Sequence record: NC_070962.1 | Reading direction: 5' to 3' (one strand) | DNA: 64,000 nt | Part shown: one piece after another, positions 47,247 through 56,698 of the stretch | Numbering within the stretch: position 1 is the first letter of the stretch | How the letters are laid out: each line of letters starts with the position of its first letter | Position numbers and translations under genes: made by a program | Notes under the pieces: model-generated | Told to the model about the DNA's origin: nothing | The model's database searches: none | Seen by the model: only the letters and a program-made list of their open reading frames with translations

Positions 47247-49412
47247 ATGGCGACTCCTCAATTATCTCCTGGAGTATTAATCCGAGAGGTTGACTTAACT
47301 GTTGGAAGAGCTGAGAATGTTTTAGATAATATTGGTGCTATTGCTGCACCTATGGCAATCGGTCCTATCGATTACCCAATTGAAGTTGCTACTGAACAAG
47401 AACTTATCAATACCTTTGGTAAGCCAATTTCAACAGATAGTCATTACGAGTACTGGATGACTGCATCTTCTTTCTTATCTTATGGAGGAGTCCTTAAGGT
47501 AGTAAGAACCGATGGTAGTAATCTTAAAACTGCAAACGCAAAAATTACAAACGCATACACCAAAGCATCTGGTGTTGGTGATACAGATCTAAAAATTAAA
47601 AACATTGATGACTACAACCTAAACCATGCAGACGAAGTAGCAACCTATGCTTTTGCTGCTAAGACTCCTGGTACTTGGGCAAACGATCTTAAAGTTGCTT
47701 ATATTGATAGTAAAGCAGACCAAATCCTAAGTGTTGGATCTACCTCTGGAATTGCTGTAGGTGCTGCGGTTACTTACCACTACGATAACGAAGTTCTCGC
47801 AGGTTCTGGAACAACAGAGGCCCTCAGAGGAGGAAGATTGGAAGGTGTTGTTACTGAAGTTGGTCTTACTGATATTAGTGTCAAAGTTGTACAAAGAGTT
47901 TCTTCTGCATCAACTGTTTATCCAGTTGATTATTCAGAGGGTGATGAAGTAAGATCTTTCCCTGCAACAGCAACTATTGGTAGTGGCATTGGTTCAATGA
48001 CAATTGCAGGTGCTGCTGCTACTAATGTAACTGCAAGACAAGATTGGTACGATCAGCAAGTGATTGCTCTGGATAATCAAATAATTTATTGGAGTCAAAT
48101 TGCTCCAAGACCTGGTACATCAGTATATGCTGATGAAAGAGGTGGTAGATTTGACGAAATGCACGTTGTAGTTATTGATGACTATGGCACCATTAGTGGA
48201 GTAAAAGCAACTGTTCTTGAAAAGCACGTTGGTCTTTCAAAAGCAGCAGATGCAGTTTCTGCAATCAATTCTCCTCAGAAGAACTACTATCATCAATACC
48301 TTGCAGACTTCTCCAATTACATCTATGTTGGTGACAACGTTTCTGATGGAAGTGGTCTAGAAAATGTTGCTCAGACTAAAGTTGGACTCAGCACTGCTGC
48401 TGGACTTTGGGGTCAAGATGCTCAGGATGTTGCATTCTCTGCTATCGGCAATTACACTTATGCACTAAAAGGTGGTAAGGACTATGCTGACAGTCAGAAC
48501 AAAATGCAAGCATCTTTGGGTGATCTAATCACATCATACAGACTCTTTAGAAATGATGATGAATTCGCAGTAGATTATCTACTCATGGGTCCAGGAATGA
48601 CCAATAAGTATGAGTCTCAAGCAAAAGCACAAGAACTCATCGCAATTGCTGAACTCAGAAAAGATTGTATTGCGTGTATTTCTCCACATCGTGCTGATGT
48701 TGTTGATATCACTAATAGTGAAACTCAAACAACTAATGTTCTTGAGTTCTTCAACTCATTAGCATCTTCTTCTTATGCAATCTTTGATACTGGTTATAAG
48801 TATATGTACGATAGATTTAACAATAGATTCCGTTATGTCCCATGTAATGGAGACGTTGCTGGTCTATGTGTAAGAACTTCTATCGAAGCATATCCTTGGT
48901 TCTCTCCTGCTGGTCAGCAAAGAGGTGTTATCAATAATGCAGTTAAACTAGCATACAATCCAACCAAGGCACAAAGAGATCGTCTCTATCCTAAGAGAAT
49001 TAACTCAATCGTTAATACTCCTGGAACTGGAATTATCCTCTTTGGTGATAAGACTGCACTCGGATATGCATCTGCATTCGATAGAATCAACGTTCGTCGT
49101 CTATTCCTCACAGTTGAGCAAGCACTAAAGGGTGCTGCTGATGCACAACTCTTTGAACTCAATGATGAGATCACAAGAGCAAACTTCATCAATATTGTCG
49201 AACCTTATCTACGTGATGTTCAGGCAAAGAGAGGAGTTTATGGATTCCTAGTGGTTTGTGATGAAACAAATAACACTCCAGACATCATTGACAACAATGA
49301 GTTTAGAGCAGACATCTTCCTGAAGCCTGCTAAATCCATTAACTATGTAACCCTCACATTCGTTGCCACCAGAACTGGTGTCAGCTTTGAGGAAGTTGCT
49401 GGTAGAGTTTGA
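47247..49412 (+). CDS. gp18: tail sheath protein gp18
   Basis: LSPGVLIREVDLT, PWFSPAGQQRG, SAFDRINVRRLFL and IFLKPAKSINYVTL.FVATRTGVSFEEV. Confidence 0.97.
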   Translation: MATPQLSPGVLIREVDLTVGRAENVLDNIGAIAAPMAIGPIDYPIEVATEQELINTFGKPISTDSHYEYWMTASSFLSYGGVLKVVRTDGSNLKTANAKITNAYTKASGVGDTDLKIKNIDDYNLNHADEVATYAFAAKTPGTWANDLKVAYIDSKADQILSVGSTSGIAVGAAVTYHYDNEVLAGSGTTEALRGGRLEGVVTEVGLTDISVKVVQRVSSASTVYPVDYSEGDEVRSFPATATIGSGIGSMTIAGAAATNVTARQDWYDQQVIALDNQIIYWSQIAPRPGTSVYADERGGRFDEMHVVVIDDYGTISGVKATVLEKHVGLSKAADAVSAINSPQKNYYHQYLADFSNYIYVGDNVSDGSGLENVAQTKVGLSTAAGLWGQDAQDVAFSAIGNYTYALKGGKDYADSQNKMQASLGDLITSYRLFRNDDEFAVDYLLMGPGMTNKYESQAKAQELIAIAELRKDCIACISPHRADVVDITNSETQTTNVLEFFNSLASSSYAIFDTGYKYMYDRFNNRFRYVPCNGDVAGLCVRTSIEAYPWFSPAGQQRGVINNAVKLAYNPTKAQRDRLYPKRINSIVNTPGTGIILFGDKTALGYASAFDRINVRRLFLTVEQALKGAADAQLFELNDEITRANFINIVEPYLRDVQAKRGVYGFLVVCDETNNTPDIIDNNEFRADIFLKPAKSINYVTLTFVATRTGVSFEEVAGRV

Positions 49413-49455
49413 TATTGGTTTTTTCATAAATTAAAACAAGGGAGACTAAACTAAA

Positions 49456-50103
49456 ATGGCTAACAACCCAACACTCAAAAACTTATCATCATTCAAAACC
49501 AGACTTGCTGGTGGTGGTGCAAGACCAAATATCTTTGAAGTTCAGTTAGATAATTTCCCAGGTGAAATTTCTTCAGTTTGGGGTTCAGAGGAAAAAGTAG
49601 ATTTCAGATTCTTCTGTAAGACTGCTCAGTTACCAGCATCTAACGTTGCACCTATTGAAATTCCTTTCAGAGGTAGAACATTGAAGGTTGCGGGAGACCG
49701 CACCTTCGATACCTGGACAGTAACAATCATCAATGATGAGGACTTTAAACTCAGACATGCTTTTGAGGCATGGATGAATCTTCTATCCAAACTTGATAAT
49801 GCTACTGGTGCTGCAAACCCAGCGTCTTATATGGTTGATGCAACTGTTCATCAACTAGGAAGAAGTGATAAAGTTCAGGGAACTAAAGTTCGTAACAATG
49901 TTAACACTCAGGGTCCTGGATTTGGTGCTTCTGGTGATGGATCATCTACTGTTCTAAGAACCTACAATTTCAAAGACATTTTTCCAACAAATGTTTCTGC
50001 GATTGATCTTTCCTATGATACAACTGATACTATTGAAGAATTCACCGTTGAATTCCAAGTTCAGTACTTTGAAATGACAGGTGGTCCTGGAACCCTCAAG
50101 TAA
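49456..50103 (+). CDS. gp19: tail tube protein gp19
   Basis: GGGARPNIFEV, IPFRGRTLKVAGDRTFDTWTVTIINDEDF and IEEFTVEFQVQY. Confidence 0.96.
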   Translation: MANNPTLKNLSSFKTRLAGGGARPNIFEVQLDNFPGEISSVWGSEEKVDFRFFCKTAQLPASNVAPIEIPFRGRTLKVAGDRTFDTWTVTIINDEDFKLRHAFEAWMNLLSKLDNATGAANPASYMVDATVHQLGRSDKVQGTKVRNNVNTQGPGFGASGDGSSTVLRTYNFKDIFPTNVSAIDLSYDTTDTIEEFTVEFQVQYFEMTGGPGTLK

Positions 50104-50138
50104 TATCTACTAAATAGATAAAACTTAGCAGTTAAATT

Positions 50139-51812
50139 ATGTCCAGACTTTTTGGATTTTCAATTGAAGATTCGGATCCAAAGTCACCGTCAGTAGTCTC
50201 CCCCGTTCCTCCAAATAATGAGGACGGGGTTGACCATTATTTGAGTACAGGATTTTTTGGATCTTACGTTGATATAGAAGGTGTATATCGAACAGAGTTT
50301 GATCTACTTAGAAGATATAGGGAAATGTCTCTACATCCTGAAGTAGATAGTGCAATCGAGGATATTGTAAACGAAGCAATTGTTTCTGATTCTGATGATT
50401 CACCCGTAAAGATTGAATTATCAAATCTAAATGCCAGTGATGGTATTAAGAAAAAAATTCGTGAAGAATTTAAAACTATTCTAGATTTATTGGATTTTGA
50501 TAAAAAGTGCCACGAAATCTATAGGAATTGGTACATTGATGGGAGACTATATTACCACAAGGTAATTGATCTCAAAAAACCTCAAGAAGGTATTCAAGAA
50601 TTACGTTACATTGACGCAATGAAGATGCGTTATGTTCGTAAAACTAAAAAAGATAATACTAATCCTGGCATCCTTGTAAGGAAAAATAGTGAAGATCCAA
50701 TGGATTATGTGTTCCCTGAAGTAGAAGAATACTTCATGTACACACCAAAACTTCAATATCCAAACCAGGCAGCTGGTGGAATGAATGATGCCAAGGGTGT
50801 AAAGATCGCAAAAGATGCAATTTCATATTGCACATCTGGATTGGTAGATAGAAATAAGGGATCAACTTTATCGTATCTTCATAAAGCAATCAAGTCTCTC
50901 AATCAACTTCGTATGATTGAAGACTCTTTGGTTATCTACAGATTATCTAGAGCACCAGAACGTAGAATTTTCTACATTGATGTTGGCAATCTACCTAAGC
51001 AAAAAGCAGAACAATATCTGCGTGATGTTATGAGTAGATATCGTAACAAACTCGTATATGATGCGGGTACTGGTGAGATTCGTGATGACAAAAAATTCAT
51101 GTCAATGCTAGAAGATTTCTGGCTACCAAGACGTGAAGGTGGTAGAGGAACTGAAATTTCTACTCTACCTGGTGGTCAAAATCTTGGTGAAATCACTGAT
51201 ATTGATTACTTTAAGAAAAAACTATATCAATCACTCAATGTTCCACCATCAAGAATGGATGGTGATAGTGGTTTTAATCTTGGTCGTTCTTCAGAAATTC
51301 TAAGAGACGAACTCAAGTTCACAAAGTTTGTTGGACGTTTGAGAAAGAGATTCTCAAATATGTTTAATGATATGCTCAAAACTCAACTTATTCTTAAAAA
51401 TATTGTTACTCCTGAAGATTGGGAGTTGATGAGTGAGCATATTCAATATGACTTCCTATATGATAACCATTTCTCAGAACTCAAAGAAACTGAGTTAATG
51501 ACTGAAAGACTTAATATGGTTGCAACTGCAGAACCATATGTCGGAAAGTATTTCTCTCAAGATTATCTGAGAAGAAAGATCCTTCGTCAAACTGATGAAG
51601 AAATCGTTGAACAGGATAAACTCATCGAGAAAGAAATTAAGGCAGGAATTATTCCAGATCCAGCAACTATTGATCCAGCAACAGGAATGCCATTTGCTCC
51701 TGAAGGTGGTGATTTAGGTCAACCAGTTATGGAACCTGATATGGAAGCAGATGCTCAAGCAACTGCAGCACCTGAAATTGGTGCAAAAGATCTCAAAGAT
51801 GCTGAGATCTGA
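50139..51812 (+). CDS. gp20: portal vertex protein gp20
   Basis: YRLSRAPERRIFYIDVGNLPKQKAEQYL, EDFWLPRREGGRGTEI.TLPGGQNLG; TAAATA at 50111-50116. Confidence 0.98.
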   Translation: MSRLFGFSIEDSDPKSPSVVSPVPPNNEDGVDHYLSTGFFGSYVDIEGVYRTEFDLLRRYREMSLHPEVDSAIEDIVNEAIVSDSDDSPVKIELSNLNASDGIKKKIREEFKTILDLLDFDKKCHEIYRNWYIDGRLYYHKVIDLKKPQEGIQELRYIDAMKMRYVRKTKKDNTNPGILVRKNSEDPMDYVFPEVEEYFMYTPKLQYPNQAAGGMNDAKGVKIAKDAISYCTSGLVDRNKGSTLSYLHKAIKSLNQLRMIEDSLVIYRLSRAPERRIFYIDVGNLPKQKAEQYLRDVMSRYRNKLVYDAGTGEIRDDKKFMSMLEDFWLPRREGGRGTEISTLPGGQNLGEITDIDYFKKKLYQSLNVPPSRMDGDSGFNLGRSSEILRDELKFTKFVGRLRKRFSNMFNDMLKTQLILKNIVTPEDWELMSEHIQYDFLYDNHFSELKETELMTERLNMVATAEPYVGKYFSQDYLRRKILRQTDEEIVEQDKLIEKEIKAGIIPDPATIDPATGMPFAPEGGDLGQPVMEPDMEADAQATAAPEIGAKDLKDAEI

Positions 51813-51841
51813 TAAATAAAAACGTTACTTAAATTAAAATC

Positions 51842-52009
51842 ATGGACGATTTAATGGATATGATCCTTCAAGATGAGTCACCAACTAATATTAGTGACAG
51901 AATTAAGGATATGCTCTTTGCAAAAAGTGCAGAAAAAATTGATGCTTTGAAACCATCTATTGGTAATGGAGTCTTCGATGAGACTGAAGTTGAATCTGAG
52001 GAGGAATAA
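51842..52009 (+). CDS. small acidic protein in the gp67-like (prohead core) position
   Basis: Translated by hand (55 aa, MDDLMDMILQDESPTNISDRIKDMLFAKSAEKID...); TAAATA at 51813-51818. Confidence 0.65.
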   Translation: MDDLMDMILQDESPTNISDRIKDMLFAKSAEKIDALKPSIGNGVFDETEVESEEE

Positions 52010-52011
52010 AT

Positions 52012-52110
52012 ATGGAAGAGGAATACCAAGCTACTGACAGCAATGACATGCCACTAGATAATAGTGATAATGGTTATTCGTCAGATGAATCAGCACCAAT
52101 GGAGGATTAA
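52012..52110 (+). CDS. very small acidic ORF (32 aa, MEEEYQATDSNDMPLDNS...)
   Basis: Translated by hand; fills the gap between 52009 and 52116. Low complexity, may not be expressed. Confidence 0.35.
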   Translation: MEEEYQATDSNDMPLDNSDNGYSSDESAPMED

Positions 52111-52115
52111 CTATC

Positions 52116-52397
52116 ATGGCAATGGGACCATTTAAGAGTTTAAATGAGAATTATTTTCAACTAGGTAGTGGAAATGATACTACTTGTGATAGTGCCACAT
52201 ATGTCAGACTTACTAACATTTCAAATACTACTGCATATGATATAAAAGTCAGAACTACTGCAAATGATGATGGTACTAATGTGGGACGTACTATTATTGC
52301 ATGGGGAGAGTCTTTTATTCTAAAAAAAGAACCAGCAGAGTTTGTTCATGGTTCTAATGGAAATGTTTATGCTTCACCAATATCCCCTAGAGAATAA
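52116..52397 (+). CDS. small head-module protein, paralog 1
   Basis: ATYVRL ... ILKKEPAEF motif; GGAGG RBS upstream. Confidence 0.7.
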   Translation: MAMGPFKSLNENYFQLGSGNDTTCDSATYVRLTNISNTTAYDIKVRTTANDDGTNVGRTIIAWGESFILKKEPAEFVHGSNGNVYASPISPRE

Positions 52398-52669
52398 TGT
52401 CAGATCATAGAGCAATTAAACTCAAAGGGACAACCCTTCACACACCAACATCTTATAGTACTGTTGATGATGCTACTTATGTTAGAGTAGTCAGTTATTC
52501 TAGTGGTGGGCAAAATTTTAGAATATCTAATGATTCATCAGGATCCGATATTGTTGCAAGATATGCAGTAGCTCCAGGAGAAGCACTTTACATCAGAAAA
52601 GAACCAAGTCAATTTCTTGGTGGTGGTGGTGGCAACATGAGATGCAACGCAGTATCCATAGAAGGTTAA
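52397..52669 (+). CDS. small head-module protein, paralog 2
   Basis: ATYVRV ... YIRKEPSQF motif; start overlaps the previous stop. Confidence 0.7.
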   Translation: MSDHRAIKLKGTTLHTPTSYSTVDDATYVRVVSYSSGGQNFRISNDSSGSDIVARYAVAPGEALYIRKEPSQFLGGGGGNMRCNAVSIEG

Positions 52670-52705
52670 GAAAACTAAATAGAAAATATAAGCACAGTTT
52701 TCACA

Positions 52706-53356
52706 ATGAAACTAATTAGAGAAGAAATAGAAAAGGTAGAGGTTATTACCGAAGAAAAGAACGGTAAGAAAACTCTTTATATTCAAGGACCTTTTCTCCA
52801 AACCGAACAACAAAACCGTAACGGCAGAGTATATCGTCGTAACGTAATGGAACGTGAGGTTAAGAGATATACTGATGAGCACATTTCAAAAGGTCGTGCT
52901 CTAGGTGAACTCGGTCATCCAGATGGTCCAACCATTAACCTTGACCGTGTTTCTCACAAAATCGTTTCTCTTGAGCAAAAGGGAAATGACTTCATTGGTA
53001 AGGCACAAATCCTATCAACACCAATGGGTAAGATTGCTGAGTCTCTTCTTAAAGAAGGTGTATGTCTCGGTGTTTCTTCCAGAGGTATTGGTTCACTTCG
53101 TCCAACCAAAGAAGGTTACTCTGAAGTTGGTGAAGACTTTATGTTAGCAACTGCAGCTGATATTGTTGCTGATCCATCTGCACCTGATGCATTTGTTCAG
53201 GGAATTATGGAAGGTAAAGAATGGGTTTGGGAAGGTGGTATCCTTCGTGAACAAGCTGCAGCAAAAACTGCACGTAGAATCAACACCTTAGTTGATCAAA
53301 GAGCACTTGATGAGCACAAGCTCGGATTATTCAATGATTTTTTAAATTCACTATAA
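52706..53356 (+). CDS. gp21: prohead core protease gp21
   Basis: NRNGRVY, ALGELGHP (His), LGVSSRGIGS (Ser) and DIVADPSAPDAFV; TAAATA at 52676-52681. Confidence 0.97.
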   Translation: MKLIREEIEKVEVITEEKNGKKTLYIQGPFLQTEQQNRNGRVYRRNVMEREVKRYTDEHISKGRALGELGHPDGPTINLDRVSHKIVSLEQKGNDFIGKAQILSTPMGKIAESLLKEGVCLGVSSRGIGSLRPTKEGYSEVGEDFMLATAADIVADPSAPDAFVQGIMEGKEWVWEGGILREQAAAKTARRINTLVDQRALDEHKLGLFNDFLNSL

Positions 53357-53386
53357 GTAGTGGTGCTTACATAAAATATTTTAATT

Positions 53387-53394
53387 TATAAATA
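53387..53394 (+). promoter_or_regulatory. T4 late promoter
   Basis: Exact TATAAATA upstream of gp22/gp23. Confidence 0.75.
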
Positions 53395-53436
53395 AATATA
53401 GTTAATCTAAACTAAAAGATAAACGGAGAGTTACAA

Positions 53437-54579
53437 ATGTCTAGTGACAACAATTTACAGGAAATGGAAGCAGGCACTAAGCAATCCAAAACTGCTGTTA
53501 ATTCTGGAGCTGCTGCCGCAGATCCTATGCAAAAAATGGCAGATCCTGGAACCCAACTTGCTTCTGTAGAAGATCTCGGTGGTCCTACCCCTGAGAATTA
53601 TAAGTCTGACGACGATTCAGCAAAACTCAAAGAACCAGCTGCAACACTCAAGCAAGTTAGAGATGTTGTTACTAAGTCTGCTGGTAAAGCAGATCCTATG
53701 CCAAAAGGTATGAAAGAAGAAAGTGAAGAACTAGAGGATGAAGAAATTGTCGCTGAAGAAGAAACTGCAGAAGAAGAAGTTGTCACTGAAGAAGAAGCAG
53801 CAGAAGAAGTTGTTGCTGAATCTGAAGAAGAAGTTGTCGAAGAGGCAACTGAGGAGTATGACATTGAAGAGGATGTAAATGCTCTTCTCCAAGGTGAGGA
53901 ACTCTCCGAAGAATTCCAAGAAAAAGCAAAAACCATCTTTGAAGCAGCAATCAATGCAAAGGTTGCAGCAATCAAAGAAGGTCTAGAAGCACAATACGAA
54001 GAAAAACTACTTGAAGAAGTAGCAGAAATCCAAGAAGGTCTAACTGCACGTGTTGACTCTTATCTAGAGTATGTTGCAGATGAGTGGATGTCCGAGAACG
54101 AACTCGCAATCGAACATGCACTTAAGACTGAAATGACTGAATCCTTCCTCACTGGAATGAAGGATCTTTTTGAAGCACATTATGTAACTATTCCTGAAGA
54201 AAAATACAATGTAATTGATAGCATGGTAGAAAAACTTGATGAAATGGAGACTAAACTCAACGAGCAGATTGAGAAGAATGTTTCCCTAAACTCCAGACTC
54301 GCAGAGGCTGTTGCTGAGGGTATTCTTGATCAAGTTTCTGGTGGTCTCGCCGAGACACAGAAGGAAAAGCTCGCTTCACTTGCTGAAAGTGTTGAGTTTG
54401 AAAGTGAAGAAAAATATCGTGAAAAACTGGAAATGCTAAGAGAATCATATTTCTCTACCAAGGCAGCTCCAAAAGCAAAAACTGAGACACTATCTGAAGG
54501 TGCAGATGCTGCTCCAGAAGTAGTTTCTGGATCTATGGCAGCATACCTGAAGACACTCTCTTCATTTGCTAAAAACTGA
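53437..54579 (+). CDS. gp22: prohead core scaffold gp22
   Basis: Glu-rich protein; LSEEFQEKAKTIFEAA, VDSYLEYVADEW..ENELAIE and MAAYL; between gp21 and gp23. Confidence 0.93.
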   Translation: MSSDNNLQEMEAGTKQSKTAVNSGAAAADPMQKMADPGTQLASVEDLGGPTPENYKSDDDSAKLKEPAATLKQVRDVVTKSAGKADPMPKGMKEESEELEDEEIVAEEETAEEEVVTEEEAAEEVVAESEEEVVEEATEEYDIEEDVNALLQGEELSEEFQEKAKTIFEAAINAKVAAIKEGLEAQYEEKLLEEVAEIQEGLTARVDSYLEYVADEWMSENELAIEHALKTEMTESFLTGMKDLFEAHYVTIPEEKYNVIDSMVEKLDEMETKLNEQIEKNVSLNSRLAEAVAEGILDQVSGGLAETQKEKLASLAESVEFESEEKYREKLEMLRESYFSTKAAPKAKTETLSEGADAAPEVVSGSMAAYLKTLSSFAKN

Positions 54580-54626
54580 ATTCAATATTAATCAAACGAA
54601 AACAAACACTTTATAGGTAAACCGCA

Positions 54627-56024
54627 ATGTTCAATTCCGAGCAGTTGCAGGAGAAGTGGGCACCCGTTCTCGACCATCAGGGTCTTGATAACATTCAAGA
54701 TTCCCATAAGAGAGCAGTTACCGCAGTCCTGCTAGAAAACCAAGAAAAATTCCTAAGAGAGCAGAACGCATTCAATTCTTCTGGCTCCTTCCTTGCTGAG
54801 GCACCAACCAACGCAGTTGGTTCTGACGGATTCCAAGGTGGATCTGCAGATGCTGGTCCTACCGCAGGTTTCGACCCAGTTCTGATTTCCCTAATCAGAC
54901 GCTCTATGCCTAACTTGGTCGCATATGACCTCGCAGGTGTTCAGCCAATGAGTGGTCCTACTGGACTCATCTTTGCAATGCGTTCCCGCTACACCAACCA
55001 GAGCGGAACCGAAGCACTGTTCAACGAAGCAGATACTGCATTCTCTGGACAAGATTCTGGATTCAACAACACCACTGGCATGTCTGGTGTTGCTTCTGGT
55101 ATGGGTACTACCGCACAGTCTGGTAGCAATCCTTCCGTCCTCAACCCAACCGCATCTGCTGACGAACTAGCATATAACGTTGGTCAGGGCATGAGAACTG
55201 ATGATGCTGAGAACCTCGGCGTCACCGATCAGTTCAACGAGATGGCATTCAGCATCGAGAAAGTTACTGTGACTGCAAAGTCCAGAGCACTCAAAGCTGA
55301 GTACTCCCTAGAACTAGCACAAGACATCAAGGCAATCCACGGTCTGAATGCTGAGGCTGAACTTGCAAATATTCTCTCTACTGAGATTCTTGCAGAGATC
55401 AACCGTGAAGTCATTCGTACCATCTATAAGGTTGCTGAGCAAGGTGCTACCGTCAACACCGCAACTGCTGGTGAGTTCGACCTAGACATCGACTCCAACG
55501 GTCGTTGGTCTGTTGAGAAGTTCAAGGGTCTACTCTTCCAAATCGAGCGTGATGCTAACCAGATTGCACAGAGAACTCGTAGAGGAAAGGGCAACATCAT
55601 CATGTGCTCTGCAGACGTTGCTTCTGCTCTAGCCATGGCTGGTGTTCTAGACTACACCCCAGCACTCAACGCAAACCTCAACGTCGATGACACTGGCAAC
55701 ACCTTTGCTGGTACTCTACTCGGTAAGTTCCGTGTATACATCGACCCATATTCTGCAAACAATTCTGCTAACCAGTATTACGTTGCAGGTTATAAGGGTT
55801 CTTCACCTTATGACGCAGGTCTCTTCTACTGCCCATATGTACCTCTCCAGATGGTACGTGCAGTTGGTGAGAACACCTTCCAGCCAAAGATTGGCTTCAA
55901 GACCCGTTATGGTCTAGTTGCTAACCCATTCGCAGAAGGTGATGTTTCTAACCAGGGTCTTGGTAGACTACAAACCAACTCCAACCGTTACTACAGACGT
56001 GTAACTGTTAAGAACCTCATGTGA
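54627..56024 (+). CDS. gp23: major capsid protein gp23
   Basis: EKWAPVL, FDPVLISLIRRSMPNL, GVQPMSGPTGLIFAMRSRY, KSRALKAEYSLELAQD and FQPKIGFKTRYG. Confidence 0.98.
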   Translation: MFNSEQLQEKWAPVLDHQGLDNIQDSHKRAVTAVLLENQEKFLREQNAFNSSGSFLAEAPTNAVGSDGFQGGSADAGPTAGFDPVLISLIRRSMPNLVAYDLAGVQPMSGPTGLIFAMRSRYTNQSGTEALFNEADTAFSGQDSGFNNTTGMSGVASGMGTTAQSGSNPSVLNPTASADELAYNVGQGMRTDDAENLGVTDQFNEMAFSIEKVTVTAKSRALKAEYSLELAQDIKAIHGLNAEAELANILSTEILAEINREVIRTIYKVAEQGATVNTATAGEFDLDIDSNGRWSVEKFKGLLFQIERDANQIAQRTRRGKGNIIMCSADVASALAMAGVLDYTPALNANLNVDDTGNTFAGTLLGKFRVYIDPYSANNSANQYYVAGYKGSSPYDAGLFYCPYVPLQMVRAVGENTFQPKIGFKTRYGLVANPFAEGDVSNQGLGRLQTNSNRYYRRVTVKNLM

Positions 56025-56045
56025 TCCTTTTCACACGGTTTCATT

Positions 56046-56070
56046 GGACCTCTTCGGAGGTCCTTTTTTT
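56046..56070 (+). terminator. intrinsic terminator after gp23 (cUUCGg tetraloop)
   Basis: GGACCTC-TTCG-GAGGTCC followed by T7. Confidence 0.92.
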
Positions 56071-56075
56071 ATGCC

Positions 56076-56104
56076 TTGACACCAGTTGATTTTTCCACTA
56101 TAAT
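56076..56104 (+). promoter_or_regulatory. consensus sigma70 promoter
   Basis: TTGACA (56076-56081), 17 bp, TATAAT (56099-56104). Confidence 0.85.
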
Positions 56105-56133
56105 TTGAAAAGTTGTTTTCAATTGATATTACA

Positions 56134-56445
56134 ATGCCACTTTATCCCGAACTCGATCAAGTTTTCCAAACCGATTCCCTCTACACTAAAATGACTTCCG
56201 ATGAAGTCAAAGAAGCAGTATCAATGTCCAATCGTTCTGGAGGTTCAAAACCACGTTACCCTTGGTATACATATGATGTTGGAGAATCATTTTTCAAACC
56301 AATGTCAAAGGATGAACTTGACGCAGATAAAGGTCGGCCAGCACCTCCACCAACTGTTAGAGAAATGGGAATTCAATGGACTAGTAAGAGAATTTATAAT
56401 AAAAAACGGAAACAATACGGTTATCAATGTACAAGAATTGCTTGA
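56134..56445 (+). CDS. small putative DNA-binding protein (RYPW..YDVGESFF motif)
   Basis: The first ATG downstream of the promoter is at 56134. The motif resembles the YPF..MEVGDSFFVP family of small phage proteins. Confidence 0.6.
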   Translation: MPLYPELDQVFQTDSLYTKMTSDEVKEAVSMSNRSGGSKPRYPWYTYDVGESFFKPMSKDELDADKGRPAPPPTVREMGIQWTSKRIYNKKRKQYGYQCTRIA

Positions 56446-56468
56446 AGGTCTTCGGACCTTCTTTTTTT
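56444..56468 (+). terminator. intrinsic terminator (cUUCGg tetraloop)
   Basis: GAAGGTC-TTCG-GACCTTC followed by T7. Confidence 0.92.
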
Positions 56469-56498
56469 ATGCATACATAGTAAAGCAGAGAAACTATC

Positions 56499-56669
56499 AT
56501 GCTAAAAACACCAAGAGACATTGTAAACGATAGACTTTCATGGTCTAGTGATGATGCAATCAAGAATCATTGTGTTTATGTTTTGGAGCAATATTTAAAA
56601 GAAGAACCATCATTGACGACAGAAGAACTAAAGCAAGCACTTGGAAATTACCTTATGGGACTGGAGTAA
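56499..56669 (+). CDS. small hypothetical protein (56 aa, MLKTPRDIVNDRLSWSSDDAIKNHC...)
   Basis: Translated by hand; fills the gap before gp3. Confidence 0.6.
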   Translation: MLKTPRDIVNDRLSWSSDDAIKNHCVYVLEQYLKEEPSLTTEELKQALGNYLMGLE

Positions 56670-56698
56670 TAAATAGAATATCTAAAGATCTTTAGATC

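Noticed and set aside
53598-53975. 125-aa Ser-rich minus-strand ORF
   Set aside because: It is the reverse complement of the GAA-rich (Glu) stretch of gp22.
45295-56024. Introns, inteins or homing endonucleases in gp17, gp18, gp20 or gp23
   Set aside because: The frames are continuous and of ordinary length, with no LAGLIDADG, GIY-YIG, HNH or intein splice motifs visible.
56201-56563. Alternative-frame ORFs 56201..56533 (+) and 56381..56563 (-)
   Set aside because: Both run through the strong terminator at 56444-56468 and overlap better-supported genes.
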